Shown here: piece by piece, positions 39,438 through 49,448 of the stretch | Position numbering within the stretch: the stretch's first letter is position 1 | Layout: each line of letters begins with the position of its first letter | Assembly: GCA_003512955.1 (NCBI GenBank) | Contig: DOTG01000043.1 | Location: 5,564-69,563 of the forward strand | Reading direction: 5' to 3' | DNA length: 64,000 nucleotides | Source: Marinilabiliales bacterium | GTDB lineage: Bacteria; Bacteroidota; Bacteroidia; Bacteroidales; SZUA-534 | Translations under genes and position numbers: made by a program | Notes under the pieces: model-generated | Seen by the model: only the letters and a program-made list of their open reading frames with translations | What the model was told of the DNA's origin: nothing | The model's database searches: none

Positions 39438-40268
39438 TTATTGAACAATTCTCATGTCGTCAATTAAAATCGTGGCATGCTCTACATCCGTTTCCAGATA
39501 AGCCTCAATATAAATTCTGTAGGGATAACCTTCGGAAATAACTGAAAGTGCATTGTAAAGGTCTATGTAGATTTTCTTCCACTCGTTGGCATGATTCAGG
39601 ATTATTAGTTGTTCCAGATCGCCATTGCTTGCTATATACCCAACTGCAAAATAATTATTGCACTTAAAGTTCATCTCTAAGTACATGCCACGGTTGGCAT
39701 TTATTTTTGGTATGGTTAATTCAACAGATCTTGCCATAAAATAATTATTGGCGGTATCCATGTAAAAAACCCCACAACCTGTACCTGAAAAAGGTTTTAA
39801 TGTTGATATGTAAAGCGATGTATCGGAATCGTCATCTGTAGCAAAATTATAGGTGTTCTCAAATCCCTCCTTCCAGGCTATGGTTGTATAATCAGCATCG
39901 CTCAATGTAGGATTGATAACTATGGTTTCCGATGGTTCCAATATCCTATCAGCTCGATAGGAGGTGTAAAATGGGTAATAGCTCCGGGAATTGGCAATTC
40001 CATTTACTTTAATGCCCGCCGAAATCATAATATCGGTTTCTCCCTCGGCCAGAACCGGGAATTTCGCAGGCAATTCAAAAACACCAATAAATTCAGTATT
40101 CACATATACCCAGGCATCGGTAATGCCGATAGCGTCTTCGTGGGTCAAGGAAATTTCATCAATTTGAATATACGATGGAACTTGTTCGTCAGGGTTAATG
40201 AATTCACAACCTGAAAAAACAATGAAAAAAAACAGGGGGGTAAATAGTGTACCAATGTTGTTTTGCAT
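39438..40268 (-). CDS. Hypothetical lipoprotein
   Basis: Lipobox FSGC after a hydrophobic stretch; ITDAWVY..IGVFELPA pattern. Confidence 0.7.
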   Translation of the reverse strand: MQNNIGTLFTPLFFFIVFSGCEFINPDEQVPSYIQIDEISLTHEDAIGITDAWVYVNTEFIGVFELPAKFPVLAEGETDIMISAGIKVNGIANSRSYYPFYTSYRADRILEPSETIVINPTLSDADYTTIAWKEGFENTYNFATDDDSDTSLYISTLKPFSGTGCGVFYMDTANNYFMARSVELTIPKINANRGMYLEMNFKCNNYFAVGYIASNGDLEQLIILNHANEWKKIYIDLYNALSVISEGYPYRIYIEAYLETDVEHATILIDDMRIVQ

Positions 40269-40340
40269 AAGCAAAATTTTAAAGTTGAAACGATGATTTT
40301 AAAAAAATATTGCAAAGAAAATAAAAAATGCCAACGTTTC

Positions 40341-41240
40341 TTAAATGTCAATGCATACCCGCAGCTTTTCTTTTACTTTCTCCATAATTTTATAGGAGAT
40401 GCATTCATTTTCAATAGTGTTGCGGGGTTGTGTATGATTCACAACATTTTTATAGAAGATGTCAAACTGTTTTTTCAATAACTTATCATGGCTATATTCT
40501 TCGGAAGAACCAATTAAAACCGGGTTACTCTGATTGTTTGTGTATTGTAGTTCATTATTCCGCAGATCAATCTGAAAATTCGATTGGTATTCAAAAACCC
40601 TCAGGGTGTTGGTGTAACCCTTTTCCACCGAATTAACATGAATGTTGGCCATATTTCCATTGTTAAAATCAATCCGCAATTGAATAATATCCGGAACCTC
40701 GGATAACGATGAGAACGTGTTGGCTGTAACCCGCTTTATATTATTTCCCAAAAAGGGGATGATTCCGCTCACCTGTTTGCGGACTATGGGAAGCAGGTTT
40801 TTTTCTCCCTCCCACGACGAGTGACAATCGATATATAATGGTGATTTGCTCCGTTTTGCATATTCATCAATAACCCCCTGATATAAAAAAGGATGGTACA
40901 ATTGGATGACAACCCCAGCTTCATCTTTCAATTTAACTAAATGCTGATGCTCTTCTAAGGAAAGATAATAAGTACTCTGTAAAAAAACAGGTTTTGAAAA
41001 CTGAACAGCCCGCTCAATAAATGGAAAATAGGTGTTCTCGACCGATGAAAAAGCAATGGCTTGTGAATGCTTTAAAAGCTCGGCAAAACTATAATAAACA
41101 GGATACCCGCGAAGATTCTTAGGAACATCGAATTGAAAACTTGGATCAAAAATTCCCGATAATTTGAGCGAAGGGTTCCCTTCAATGGCTTTGATAAATT
41201 GTAAACTATTTGTACTACCTACAAGCGAAATATGCAACAT
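40341..41240 (-). CDS. Divergent Gfo/Idh/MocA-like oxidoreductase homologue
   Basis: N-terminal Rossmann-like pattern (ISLVG, LSGIFD, SFAELL) and C-terminal RIDFNNGNMANI; canonical motifs eroded. Confidence 0.55.
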   Translation of the reverse strand: MLHISLVGSTNSLQFIKAIEGNPSLKLSGIFDPSFQFDVPKNLRGYPVYYSFAELLKHSQAIAFSSVENTYFPFIERAVQFSKPVFLQSTYYLSLEEHQHLVKLKDEAGVVIQLYHPFLYQGVIDEYAKRSKSPLYIDCHSSWEGEKNLLPIVRKQVSGIIPFLGNNIKRVTANTFSSLSEVPDIIQLRIDFNNGNMANIHVNSVEKGYTNTLRVFEYQSNFQIDLRNNELQYTNNQSNPVLIGSSEEYSHDKLLKKQFDIFYKNVVNHTQPRNTIENECISYKIMEKVKEKLRVCIDI

Positions 41241-41374
41241 GCCTTAGTTTTTTTACAAAACTATCTGTTTTCATGCATTGATACTGAGGTAGCCGCAAAT
41301 TCTTATCAACGCAATATTGTTAATAAACCTGCAAATAAATTTGCCTCAGCAGAAAAGGTTTGTTAGCTACGCAA

Positions 41375-42343
41375 TTATACAATTCCTTCTTTAAGAATAT
41401 CATGAATGTGAATCATTCCCACATATTTCCCCTGGTTGACTACAATTAACTGGGTAATATTATTTTGCTCCATCATCTGAAAAGCTGTTACAGCCAATTC
41501 ACTTTCCTCAATTGTCCGTGGATTTTTTCCCATAATATCAAACGCTTTTAATTGGTTTACAGGTCGTTTTGAAACCAACATCCTCCGCAAGTCACCATCG
41601 GTAATAATCCCCACCAGTTTCCCGTTTTCATCCAAAACCGAGGTTGCTCCCAACCGTTTAGTGGTCATTTCCATAATTACCTCATCTATCGACGAGTTTG
41701 ATTGGATTTGTGGTTTTTCGTTGTTGTGATATAAATCGCTGACCCTTAAATAAAGTTTTTTACCTAGGGTGCCTCCTGGGTGGTATTTGGCAAAATCTGA
41801 AGATGAAAACTCGCGGTATTCGAGCAATGCAATTGCCAGAGCATCCCCCATAACCAATTGTGCCGTTGTACTCGATGTAGGGGCCAGATTGTTCGGGCAA
41901 GCCTCTTTCTCAATGTAGGCATTCAAGATATAATCTGCTTGTTGTGCTAAAACCGAATGAGTATTTGAAACCATGGCAATCAATTTATTTCCCATCGTTT
42001 TTAACAGGGGAATTAACACTTTAATTTCCGCAGTGTCACCACTTCTGGAAACACAGATTACCACATCGTTCTTTTGGACTATTCCCAAATCTCCATGAAT
42101 GGCATCGGCTGCATGCATAAAAATGGCAGGAGTTCCGGTACTATTCAAGGTGGCTACAATTTTTTGTGATATGTTGGCACTTTTCCCAATACCGGTAATT
42201 ACCACTCTTCCTTTGCTCTGATAAATCAATTCTACACAATGTGCAAAATCCTCATTAATATACCCTTCCAGGTTTTTTATTGCTTCAGCCTCGTGTAAAA
42301 CTGCTCTTCTCCCTGAGGCAATTATTTCTTGAAAACTTTTCAT
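41375..42343 (-). CDS. kdsD: Arabinose-5-phosphate isomerase (KpsF/GutQ, SIS plus CBS)
   Basis: TGIGKS, HGDLG, EACPNNLAPTSSTT, HPGGTLG, GIITDGDLRR. Confidence 0.93.
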   Translation of the reverse strand: MKSFQEIIASGRRAVLHEAEAIKNLEGYINEDFAHCVELIYQSKGRVVITGIGKSANISQKIVATLNSTGTPAIFMHAADAIHGDLGIVQKNDVVICVSRSGDTAEIKVLIPLLKTMGNKLIAMVSNTHSVLAQQADYILNAYIEKEACPNNLAPTSSTTAQLVMGDALAIALLEYREFSSSDFAKYHPGGTLGKKLYLRVSDLYHNNEKPQIQSNSSIDEVIMEMTTKRLGATSVLDENGKLVGIITDGDLRRMLVSKRPVNQLKAFDIMGKNPRTIEESELAVTAFQMMEQNNITQLIVVNQGKYVGMIHIHDILKEGIV

Positions 42344-42641
42344 CTTTAATAGTTTATTGAATTGAAAAACAAAAAACTTCTAAACAAAAATTCAACCGTT
42401 TGCATTTTTTTGCTAAAAAGTTAATTGTTGAAATATTATTGCAACAAATATAATATCAGGCAGTTAAATTTGTTTTTACAGATCATTATACTAATTGCCG
42501 CCAAAGTTACGTACTAATTTCGTTGAACAAAAAAAACTTACATGTTCAAAAGTGCATTTTTTTTCTTAACTTAGTTAGACAAACATAACCTTGTATTAAT
42601 TTAGCGTTCCAATTTTTTTAGGACGGAAAGTGTGTTGAAGT

Positions 42642-44810
42642 ATGGAATTGACCGGTTATTTAAAAAAGCATTTCGGTTTTGATACTTTTAAAGGGAATCA
42701 GGAAGAAATAATCAAAAATGTGTTGGCAGGGCGGGATACGTTTGTCCTCATGCCCACAGGAGGCGGCAAATCGCTCTGTTACCAGTTACCTGCCCTTATT
42801 AAAGAGGGCACTGCTATAATTATTTCCCCTCTCATTGCCCTGATGAAAAATCAGGTGGATGCCATGAGGGGTTTTAGCGATGAAGATGGAGTGGCTCATT
42901 TTCTCAATTCCTCTTTAACCAAAAATGAAATTCAGGTGGTTAAATCCGACATCCTGGCCGGTAAAACCAAGATGCTCTATGTAGCTCCTGAATCATTAAC
43001 TAAAGAGGAAAACATCAAGTTTTTACAGCAGATTCAGGTTTCGTTCTATGCCATTGACGAGGCTCACTGTATCTCGGAATGGGGCCACGATTTTAGACCA
43101 GAATACCGCCGGATACGTCCGATTGTGGAAGAAATTGGAAAAGCGCCAATCATTGCCCTTACAGCAACGGCTACCCCAAAAGTACAGCACGATATTCAAA
43201 AAAATCTGGGGATGTTGCATGCCGACATTTTTAAATCATCGTTCAATCGGCCCAACCTGTATTACGAGGTGCGGCCAAAAACCGATGCAACAAAAGAAAT
43301 TATCAAGATTCTTAAAAATAACCCGGGAAAATCTGGCATCATTTACTGCCTAAGCCGGAAAAAGGTCGAAGAATTGGCCGAAACCTTACAGGTGAATGGA
43401 ATAAAGGCATTGGCATATCATGCCGGGATGGATTCCAATACCCGCTCGCAAAACCAGGACAAGTTCCTGATGGAAGAAGTGGAGATTATTGTGGCAACCA
43501 TTGCTTTTGGAATGGGAATTGACAAGCCCGATGTCCGTTTGGTCATCCACTATGATATTCCCAAAAGCCTTGAAGGATATTATCAGGAAACCGGGCGCGC
43601 TGGCCGCGATGGCGGCGAGGGCCGATGCATTACCTTTTATTCGTACAAGGATATCCAGAAACTCGAAAAATTCATGCAGGGCAAACCAGTAGCTGAACAG
43701 GAGATTGGCCGCCATTTGTTGCTCGAAACCGTTTCCTATGCCGAATCGGCCCTCTGCCGACGCAAACACCTGCTTCATTATTTTGGTGAGGAATACACCC
43801 AACACAATTGCGAAACCTGCGACAACTGCCAGAATCCCAAAGAGCAGTTTGAAGGTCAGGAATATATTGAGATGTTACTGCAAGTGGTTGTAGCTGTTAA
43901 AGAATACTTTAAGGCCGATCATGTGGCCAGCATCCTTTGTGGAACTTCCAACTATGGGGTGAAATCGTATAAACACCATCACCTGCCCGAATTTGGGATT
44001 GGCAAAGAAAAAGACCTCAAGTTTTGGAATGCCGTTATCAGGCAGGCACTGATTGCCAAATTCCTTGCAAAAGATATCGAGAATTACGGATTACTTAAAA
44101 TGACTGCCAAAGGTCATGCGTTCCTTGAACATCCTGAACCTTTCATGATGATGCATGACCACGACTATGACAAAGCCGAAGAGGAACTATCGGCCCCACA
44201 AGGTGGCGGTTCTGCCGATCCTATGCTGTTTGCCATGCTGAAAGATTTGAGGAAAAAGATCGCCAAAGAGAAAAACCTCCCTCCTTTTGTTATTTTTCAG
44301 GATCCGTCGCTTGAGGATATGGCCATACATTACCCCATTACTGCTGAAGAAATGCAGAACATGACAGGTGTGGGCGCAGGTAAAGCTTCCCGCTATGGGA
44401 AAGAGTTTTGCGAATTGATTGCTATTTATGTGAACGAAAATGAAATTGACCGCCCTGTAGATTTGGTTGTGAAATCCGTGGTCAACAAGTCGGGATTGAA
44501 GGTTCATATTATTCAAAGCATCGACCGCAAGGTTGCTTTAGATGATATTGCCCAATCGAAAGGAATTGAGATGAACGATTTACTCAAAGAAATTGAAGCC
44601 ATTGTATTTTCAGGAACCAAACTCAATATCGATTATTACATCAACGAAGTGCTTGATGAGGAACATCAGGACGAAATATATGACTATTTCCGCGAAGAGG
44701 CTCAAAGTGAATCCATTGATGATGCACTCAAAGTCCTTGGCGAAGATGAATACACCGAAGAAGATATTCGCTTGATGCGGATTAAATTCCTCTGTAACGA
44801 AGGCAATTAA
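42642..44810 (+). CDS. recQ: ATP-dependent DNA helicase RecQ
   Basis: MPTGGGKS, DEAHCISEWGHDFRP, QETGRAGRDG, Zn-binding RQC and HRDC domains. Confidence 0.97.
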   Translation: MELTGYLKKHFGFDTFKGNQEEIIKNVLAGRDTFVLMPTGGGKSLCYQLPALIKEGTAIIISPLIALMKNQVDAMRGFSDEDGVAHFLNSSLTKNEIQVVKSDILAGKTKMLYVAPESLTKEENIKFLQQIQVSFYAIDEAHCISEWGHDFRPEYRRIRPIVEEIGKAPIIALTATATPKVQHDIQKNLGMLHADIFKSSFNRPNLYYEVRPKTDATKEIIKILKNNPGKSGIIYCLSRKKVEELAETLQVNGIKALAYHAGMDSNTRSQNQDKFLMEEVEIIVATIAFGMGIDKPDVRLVIHYDIPKSLEGYYQETGRAGRDGGEGRCITFYSYKDIQKLEKFMQGKPVAEQEIGRHLLLETVSYAESALCRRKHLLHYFGEEYTQHNCETCDNCQNPKEQFEGQEYIEMLLQVVVAVKEYFKADHVASILCGTSNYGVKSYKHHHLPEFGIGKEKDLKFWNAVIRQALIAKFLAKDIENYGLLKMTAKGHAFLEHPEPFMMMHDHDYDKAEEELSAPQGGGSADPMLFAMLKDLRKKIAKEKNLPPFVIFQDPSLEDMAIHYPITAEEMQNMTGVGAGKASRYGKEFCELIAIYVNENEIDRPVDLVVKSVVNKSGLKVHIIQSIDRKVALDDIAQSKGIEMNDLLKEIEAIVFSGTKLNIDYYINEVLDEEHQDEIYDYFREEAQSESIDDALKVLGEDEYTEEDIRLMRIKFLCNEGN

Positions 44811-44956
44811 GCCCGAATAGACGCTTAACCACAACGACCACCTTGTTTACTAAGGATTTTATTTGGGTCCGTACTTAGCTGCTTTACCAGCAAGGAGTTT
44901 ATTATAAACGATCCTTGCATCCTAAGTGGTACATAAAATACAGCATTGGTGATGCT

Positions 44957-44992
44957 AAAAAAACCGCTTCCGAAAACGGAGCGGTTTTTTTT
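44957..44992. terminator. Bidirectional intrinsic terminator between recQ and glnA
   Basis: AAAAAAACCGCTTCCG-AAAA-CGGAGCGGTTTTTTTT. Confidence 0.85.
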
Positions 44993-45047
44993 ACTCAAAA
45001 ATCAACATTATGCACGTAAAATTACCTCATCGGTAATGTTTTAAATT

Positions 45048-46559
45048 CTATTGGCAGTGTAAGTAATTCTCAACCAATTGGGCAATCTCTTTATGCTTGC
45101 CATATAGTTTCTCGCTCAAATTCTGATCGTTATGGGCTTTTAACATATTTGCCACCCTATCAATCACTCCACTTGGAAAGATAAATTCTTCTTCAAATAC
45201 CGACCTGCGTTTCAATAATTCTTCGGCAGAATCAAAACAACTGGTCGGCAGACTCTTCAGTTTCTCCTTGCGTTCCTTGTATTTCTGATCGAAAATATTC
45301 ACATCCATGTACAAAGATTCGGCTAAAGCCAGACTATTTTTCATGGTGAGGCCATGTTTTGCCGCAAGTAAGATGCCCGCAAAATAATGGAAAATGTCAG
45401 CGCTGCCGTCTCCCGAGCGGAGCTCACAGGTCTGCTTGCTCTTTATCGGTTTTATTGAACCATTCTCCTTAGGGTTTTCATTTTTCACCATGTCCAGGTT
45501 TCCAAGCCAACCTAAAGGCACCCGGACCAGGACAGAACGGTTCCTATCGCCCCAGCAGATATTCGTTGGGGCCTCCTGGTGAGGGACCAACCTCAGGTAT
45601 GAAGTAGGTATGGTGTTCCCAAACGCGGTTAATGCCCCGGCTAAATCGAGAATCCCGCCAATGGCCTTTTTTGCAGTCACACTCAGGTTTTGTTGGTCAA
45701 CCATCATGTTTTCGCCATCTTTTTCCACCAGAAAATGCACATGCAACCCGCTGCCAGCTTTGCCTACCGTGATTTTTGGGGCAAAACTTATCAGGATGTT
45801 GTGTTTTTTTGCCAACATCCGCAGTATCCATTTGGCAATTACCAATTGCGTGGCGGCTTCCTCAACATCAACCGGAAGAAATTCAATTTCCTGTTGCTCG
45901 TAATAATTTGTCTCGTCATAAAAATTCCCGACCTCAGAATGGCCATATTTTATTTGACCCCCTGCCTGGGAAATCAGGCGCATGGCCTCCATCCTGAATT
46001 CCTGCCATTTGGTATAAGGTTCCGAAGCATGATACCCTTTTTGATCGGTGGCCGGATACAAATCGGTTTCAGGGATGGGCGTAATAATGTAATACTCCAA
46101 TTCACCCATTGCTTTAAAGGTAAAACCTGTTGCATTTTTAAACGACTGATGGGCTTTATGCAAGATGTATTCCGGGGCGCTTTCCAGAGGTTTTCCATCA
46201 CTGGTGTAAAACGAGCACAAAATATCAAGTGTTGGAACGGCTGCAAATGGATTGATAAAAGCAGTCCGATACCTTGGTATCACGTATAAATCGCTCGAAC
46301 CTGCTTCGATAAAGGAAAATAAACTTGACCCGTCCACCCGCTCCCCGTAAGTTAGAATAGAATCGAGATGCTCAATGTTTAACACGATAAATGAAAGCGT
46401 TTTTAACCTCCCGTCTTCCGCCACATAACGAAAATTAATCATCTCAATCCCATTATCCTCAACAAACTGAATGATGTCACTTTTGGTAAATTCATAAGCA
46501 GGTTTTCGTAAATAACGGACTAACCTATTCGGATTTAACGTGATTTCGCTTTCGTTCAT
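45048..46559 (-). CDS. glnA: Glutamine synthetase type I family protein
   Basis: VDGSS, GELEYY, HSEVG, QQEIE, FAPK..GKAGSGLHVH, SYLRLVPHQEAP, NRS, ELRSGDG; -7 element TAATTTTG at 46594-46587. Confidence 0.85.
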   Translation of the reverse strand: MNESEITLNPNRLVRYLRKPAYEFTKSDIIQFVEDNGIEMINFRYVAEDGRLKTLSFIVLNIEHLDSILTYGERVDGSSLFSFIEAGSSDLYVIPRYRTAFINPFAAVPTLDILCSFYTSDGKPLESAPEYILHKAHQSFKNATGFTFKAMGELEYYIITPIPETDLYPATDQKGYHASEPYTKWQEFRMEAMRLISQAGGQIKYGHSEVGNFYDETNYYEQQEIEFLPVDVEEAATQLVIAKWILRMLAKKHNILISFAPKITVGKAGSGLHVHFLVEKDGENMMVDQQNLSVTAKKAIGGILDLAGALTAFGNTIPTSYLRLVPHQEAPTNICWGDRNRSVLVRVPLGWLGNLDMVKNENPKENGSIKPIKSKQTCELRSGDGSADIFHYFAGILLAAKHGLTMKNSLALAESLYMDVNIFDQKYKERKEKLKSLPTSCFDSAEELLKRRSVFEEEFIFPSGVIDRVANMLKAHNDQNLSEKLYGKHKEIAQLVENYLHCQ

Positions 46560-46709
46560 AATAAAACCTAAAAAAATATCCGTGGGCAAAATTAGGATTC
46601 TGCAAAAAGGATGTAAACGTTTGCGCTATGTTGTAGAATAGCAATTCAGGATGTTAAGAAGCACATCAAACAATAAGTTTGTTCTGGTTGTACCGGGTTT
46701 TTGAATGTT

Positions 46710-47360
46710 TTATTTATCGTAAGCTGTGCCTTTTAAAAGGGGGACGAACGAGAAAGCACCGTGATCTTCAATAATATCCTTACCCTGATCGGATTTAATG
46801 AGCCGGACCATCGTCTGCGACATTTCTCCTAAGGGAACTACAAGGAATCCGCCGGGTTTAAGTTGCCGAACTAATAATGGTGGGATTTCAGGCGCACCTG
46901 CGGTAATCAATATTTTGTCGTAGGGGCCATAGGTGGGTTTTCCGAGGTACCCATCGCCAAAAAAGAATTGTGGGTGGTAGCCAAGCTGTGGCAAAAACCG
47001 TTGGGCTTTCAGGAATAGGTTCCGTTGCCGTTCAATGGTAAAAACCTTGGCCCCCAGCTCAAGCAAAACGGCCGTTTGGTAGCCGGAACCTGTGCCGATT
47101 TCCAGCACCTTGTCTCCTTTGTTTATTTTAAGAAGTTCGGTTTGAAAGGCTACGGTATAAGGCTGCGAAATGGTTTGACCGCTTCCGATGGGAAAGGCTT
47201 TATCGATGTAGGCAAAATTCACAAAAGCACTATCCATGAAGAGGTGGCGGGGAATCTTTCCAATAGCCTCAATCACCCGCTTGTCTTTGATCCCCTTTTT
47301 GATAATCTCGCTAACTAATTGCTGTCGAAGACCTTGTTCTCTATATCCGTCGGAATACAT
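46710..47360 (-). CDS. pcm: Protein-L-isoaspartate O-methyltransferase
   Basis: PRHLF, GQTISQPY, VLEIGTGSGYQTA, YDKILITAG, FSFVPL. Confidence 0.96.
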   Translation of the reverse strand: MYSDGYREQGLRQQLVSEIIKKGIKDKRVIEAIGKIPRHLFMDSAFVNFAYIDKAFPIGSGQTISQPYTVAFQTELLKINKGDKVLEIGTGSGYQTAVLLELGAKVFTIERQRNLFLKAQRFLPQLGYHPQFFFGDGYLGKPTYGPYDKILITAGAPEIPPLLVRQLKPGGFLVVPLGEMSQTMVRLIKSDQGKDIIEDHGAFSFVPLLKGTAYDK

Positions 47361-47540
47361 CCTTATAAGTTATTACAGGCACAAGATAGAATAATTATTT
47401 AAAACCCATTCTGATAATTTTAAACAATGAGGTTGGCCCCCCTTCGCGTTGATTGGAACAATTATCTTGCATCTAAATTTAAGTTGTTGGAACTTTTTCT
47501 GAATTTCGTACTTTTGACTCCTTATCAAACATATTTTACG

Positions 47541-48785
47541 TTGAACGCAGAACTCTTTATAGCCCGGAAAATCACCTTTAGTACCGAAAATCAGAAACAG
47601 ATTTCTGGACCGATTGTAAATATTGCTGTATTTGGAATTGCCCTTGGTTTGGCGGTTATGATTTTAAGTGTGGCCATTGTTACTGGGTTTAAAAACGAAA
47701 TCAGGGATAAGGTGATTGGTTTTGGTTCACATATCCAGATTACCAATTTTGATTCGAACAATTCCTTTGAGACCGCCCCGGTTCAAAGAGACCAGGTGCC
47801 ATTGCACATGATAAAAAAGATTTCGGGGGTAAAACATGTACAAGTTTATGTTACCAAATCGGGCATTATTAAAACAACCAATAACATCCAGGCAATTGTA
47901 TTAAAAGGTGTGGATTCAAAACATGATTGGACGTTTTTGCAAAAGTGCCTCATAAAAGGTTCCGTTCCTACATTTCAAGATACGGTGAAATCGAACCTGA
48001 TTTTAATTTCGGAATATATTGCCAACTTGCTGCAACTAAACGTGGATGATAACCTAACGGTCTATTTTGTGCAAGATCCGCCCCGTATGCGACAATTTGA
48101 GGTTTGTGGGATTTATAAAACCAGCATCGAGGATTTTGATAAGTCCTTTGCTTTGGTGGATATGAGGCATTTGCAAAAATTAAATAACTGGACCGATGAC
48201 CAAATTAGCGGTTACGAGATACTGATTGATGATTTTAAAAACCTGGATATGCAAACCGATAGCATTTTTGAGATTGCTGGTTATCATTTTACGGAGGATG
48301 GTTCAAAATTGAAGATTACCAACATTAAACAACGTTATCCTCAAATATTCGACTGGTTGAATTTGCAGGACATCAACGTGTGGATTATTTTAACACTCAT
48401 GCTTTTAGTTGCAGGGTTTAACATGATTTCGGGGTTGTTGATATTAATTTTGGAACGGACCAACATGATTGGTTTACTCAAAGGATTGGGCTATAATAAC
48501 TGGAAAATCAGACGGATATTCCTGTATCAATCAGGATTTTTAATCTCAAAAGGCCTTATTTGGGGAAATGTTATCGGAATTGGTTTATGCCTGATTCAAC
48601 AATACTTTGGAATTGTTCCACTTGATGCCACTGTTTATTATATCGATCAGGTTCCCATCAGCCTCCGTGTGATGCATCTGGTATATTTAAATATTGGAAC
48701 TTTATTGGTAATTGTAGGGATGATGGTGATCCCATCTTACATAATTACCCGGATTAGCCCGGCAAAAGCTATTAAATTTAACTAA
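47541..48785 (+). CDS. LolC/E-like ABC permease (lipoprotein release)
   Basis: TTG start after TACTTTTG (47509-47516); FIARK, GFKNEI, ILERTNMIGLLK, ISPAKAIKF. Confidence 0.88.
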   Translation: MNAELFIARKITFSTENQKQISGPIVNIAVFGIALGLAVMILSVAIVTGFKNEIRDKVIGFGSHIQITNFDSNNSFETAPVQRDQVPLHMIKKISGVKHVQVYVTKSGIIKTTNNIQAIVLKGVDSKHDWTFLQKCLIKGSVPTFQDTVKSNLILISEYIANLLQLNVDDNLTVYFVQDPPRMRQFEVCGIYKTSIEDFDKSFALVDMRHLQKLNNWTDDQISGYEILIDDFKNLDMQTDSIFEIAGYHFTEDGSKLKITNIKQRYPQIFDWLNLQDINVWIILTLMLLVAGFNMISGLLILILERTNMIGLLKGLGYNNWKIRRIFLYQSGFLISKGLIWGNVIGIGLCLIQQYFGIVPLDATVYYIDQVPISLRVMHLVYLNIGTLLVIVGMMVIPSYIITRISPAKAIKFN

Positions 48786-48815
48786 TTCCCATTTTAACGG
48801 GAATCAATTTAAATC

Positions 48816-48938
48816 CTAGTGTCAAGTCAAGCATGTGTTTGCATCAATTCACCCGGTGACTCCAGTCGTAAATATAAGGCATAATGTTAACAAAAAGTCA
48901 CCGGATGAATATTGACTTTTTATTTGACTTGATACTAG
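48816..48938. mobile_element. MITE-like element, family B (CTAG-ended)
   Basis: CTAGTGTCAAGTCAA and TTGACTTGATACTAG ends (14/15 inverted match); inner repeat ATTCACCCGGTGACT / AGTCACCGGATGAAT (14/15). Confidence 0.78.
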
Positions 48939-49423
48939 TCAACAGTGTTCCCTTTTTGTTGTTCCCCAGATTTATTCGATGGTTTGTGCCTCCGGTAATA
49001 CTTCTTCTTAGGCTTGGGTTGTACCGGTTTATCATCTTGAGATTCTGATTCCGGTTTGCTTTGTATTGGCCTGTTTTTTAATTCCTGGTATGGTTGGGCT
49101 TTTTTAACAACCGGTTGAACCTTATCTGTGTGAGTTGGGTTCTGTAGCTTCATTAGTTCTTTGCGGTTGTGACGGATATCGCGGGTAAGTTCGGTCTTTA
49201 TCCCCTCCATGGTTAAATTCAAATCCTCCTTTTGGTTAATTAAATCAACCCGGTGCACTAAACGGATACGGAGCATCCATAAAATATTGAAAACTCCTAC
49301 CAGCAAGGCCACAATGGCAATAACTAAGGTATAAACACCTGTTTGAGAAGGTTCTGTGTTGCTTGCAAATAGGGAACCTGAGCAGCACATTACCAAAGCA
49401 AAAGCATAAATTATTTTTGACAT
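48935..49423 (-). CDS. Hypothetical membrane protein with basic low-complexity tail
   Basis: Signal peptide, one TM helix, KPKKKYYRRHK tail; downstream of mgtE. Confidence 0.65.
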   Translation of the reverse strand: MSKIIYAFALVMCCSGSLFASNTEPSQTGVYTLVIAIVALLVGVFNILWMLRIRLVHRVDLINQKEDLNLTMEGIKTELTRDIRHNRKELMKLQNPTHTDKVQPVVKKAQPYQELKNRPIQSKPESESQDDKPVQPKPKKKYYRRHKPSNKSGEQQKGNTVD

Positions 49424-49448
49424 ACTATTTGTTTTTTTAAATCAATTT

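Noticed and set aside
44856-44956. 6S RNA or SRP RNA call
   Set aside because: I could not recognise the conserved sequence motifs or a dedicated promoter, so it is kept only as an unnamed structure.
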